Shown: positions 53,600 through 53,783 of the stretch, in pieces
How the letters are laid out: every line of letters starts with the position of its first letter
Position numbering within the stretch: position 1 is the stretch's first letter
Source: Parcubacteria group bacterium
GTDB taxonomy: Bacteria > Patescibacteriota > Minisyncoccia > Phycocordibacterales > Phycocordibacteraceae
Length of the DNA: 53,783 nt
Reading direction: 5' to 3'
Assembly: GCA_028286545.1 (NCBI GenBank)
Contig: JAQBRJ010000022.1
Location: forward strand, 1 to 53,783
Position numbers and translations under genes: made by a program
The notes under the pieces: generated by a model
What the model saw: the letters and a program-made list of their open reading frames with translations, nothing else
Databases searched by the model: none
Told to the model about the DNA's origin: nothing

Positions 53600-53783
53600 T
53601 TGTTTGTTGTTGGTGAAATCCAGCACAAGAGCGCACTGTATGTGCGCCAATACCGGACAGAATAAATTCTGGCGTTAAATCCAGACCCAAGCGGTCTCAA
53701 GAGTTTCTTGGGTGTGGACCTTGTGAGGTCTGTGGTCCCGGGAATGCGCACTGCGCATATAAAAACTTGGAGAACGGTTGTGA

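Overview
The window reads as a gene-dense bacterial chromosomal segment. I infer a reduced-genome Patescibacteria/CPR (Parcubacteria-like) organism from gene content and short genes; there is no rRNA here to confirm this. The backbone is housekeeping: trxB-like, tsaD, valS, lepA, murJ, class II RNR nrdJ, groES/groEL, secG, RNase J, a DEAD-box helicase, HtpX/LemA, redox and repair enzymes, six tRNAs, and an RNase P RNA that ORF callers mistake for coding sequence. I saw no CRISPR array, transposase, integrase, reverse transcriptase or phage structural gene.

Five things stand out:
- Five small GC3-rich single-gene cassettes sit between backbone genes. Spot counts are 36-40 G+C per 60 nt, against about 31/60 in groEL. 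Each encodes an exported or membrane protein, and most have a near-consensus promoter, a Shine-Dalgarno (SD) ribosome-binding site and a terminator.
- Two paralogous AT-rich ORFs with helix-turn-helix (HTH) plus LAGLIDADG-like features end exactly at or inside the 5' end of a co-oriented tRNA gene.
- An orphan TIR-domain protein, a candidate NADase-type defence effector, is preceded by a roughly 160-nt GC-rich imperfect hairpin with G-U pairs.
- A stand-alone cyanophycin-synthetase-like ATP-grasp gene is followed by a hyperacidic small ORF.
- A 347-bp gap between the endonuclease III gene (nth) and the HAD hydrolase gene is unexplained and ends in a UUCG-tetraloop terminator.

Coordinates of non-ORF features were anchored to neighbouring start and stop codons and may be off by 1-2 nt. 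All family names come from motifs recognised by eye, not from searches.
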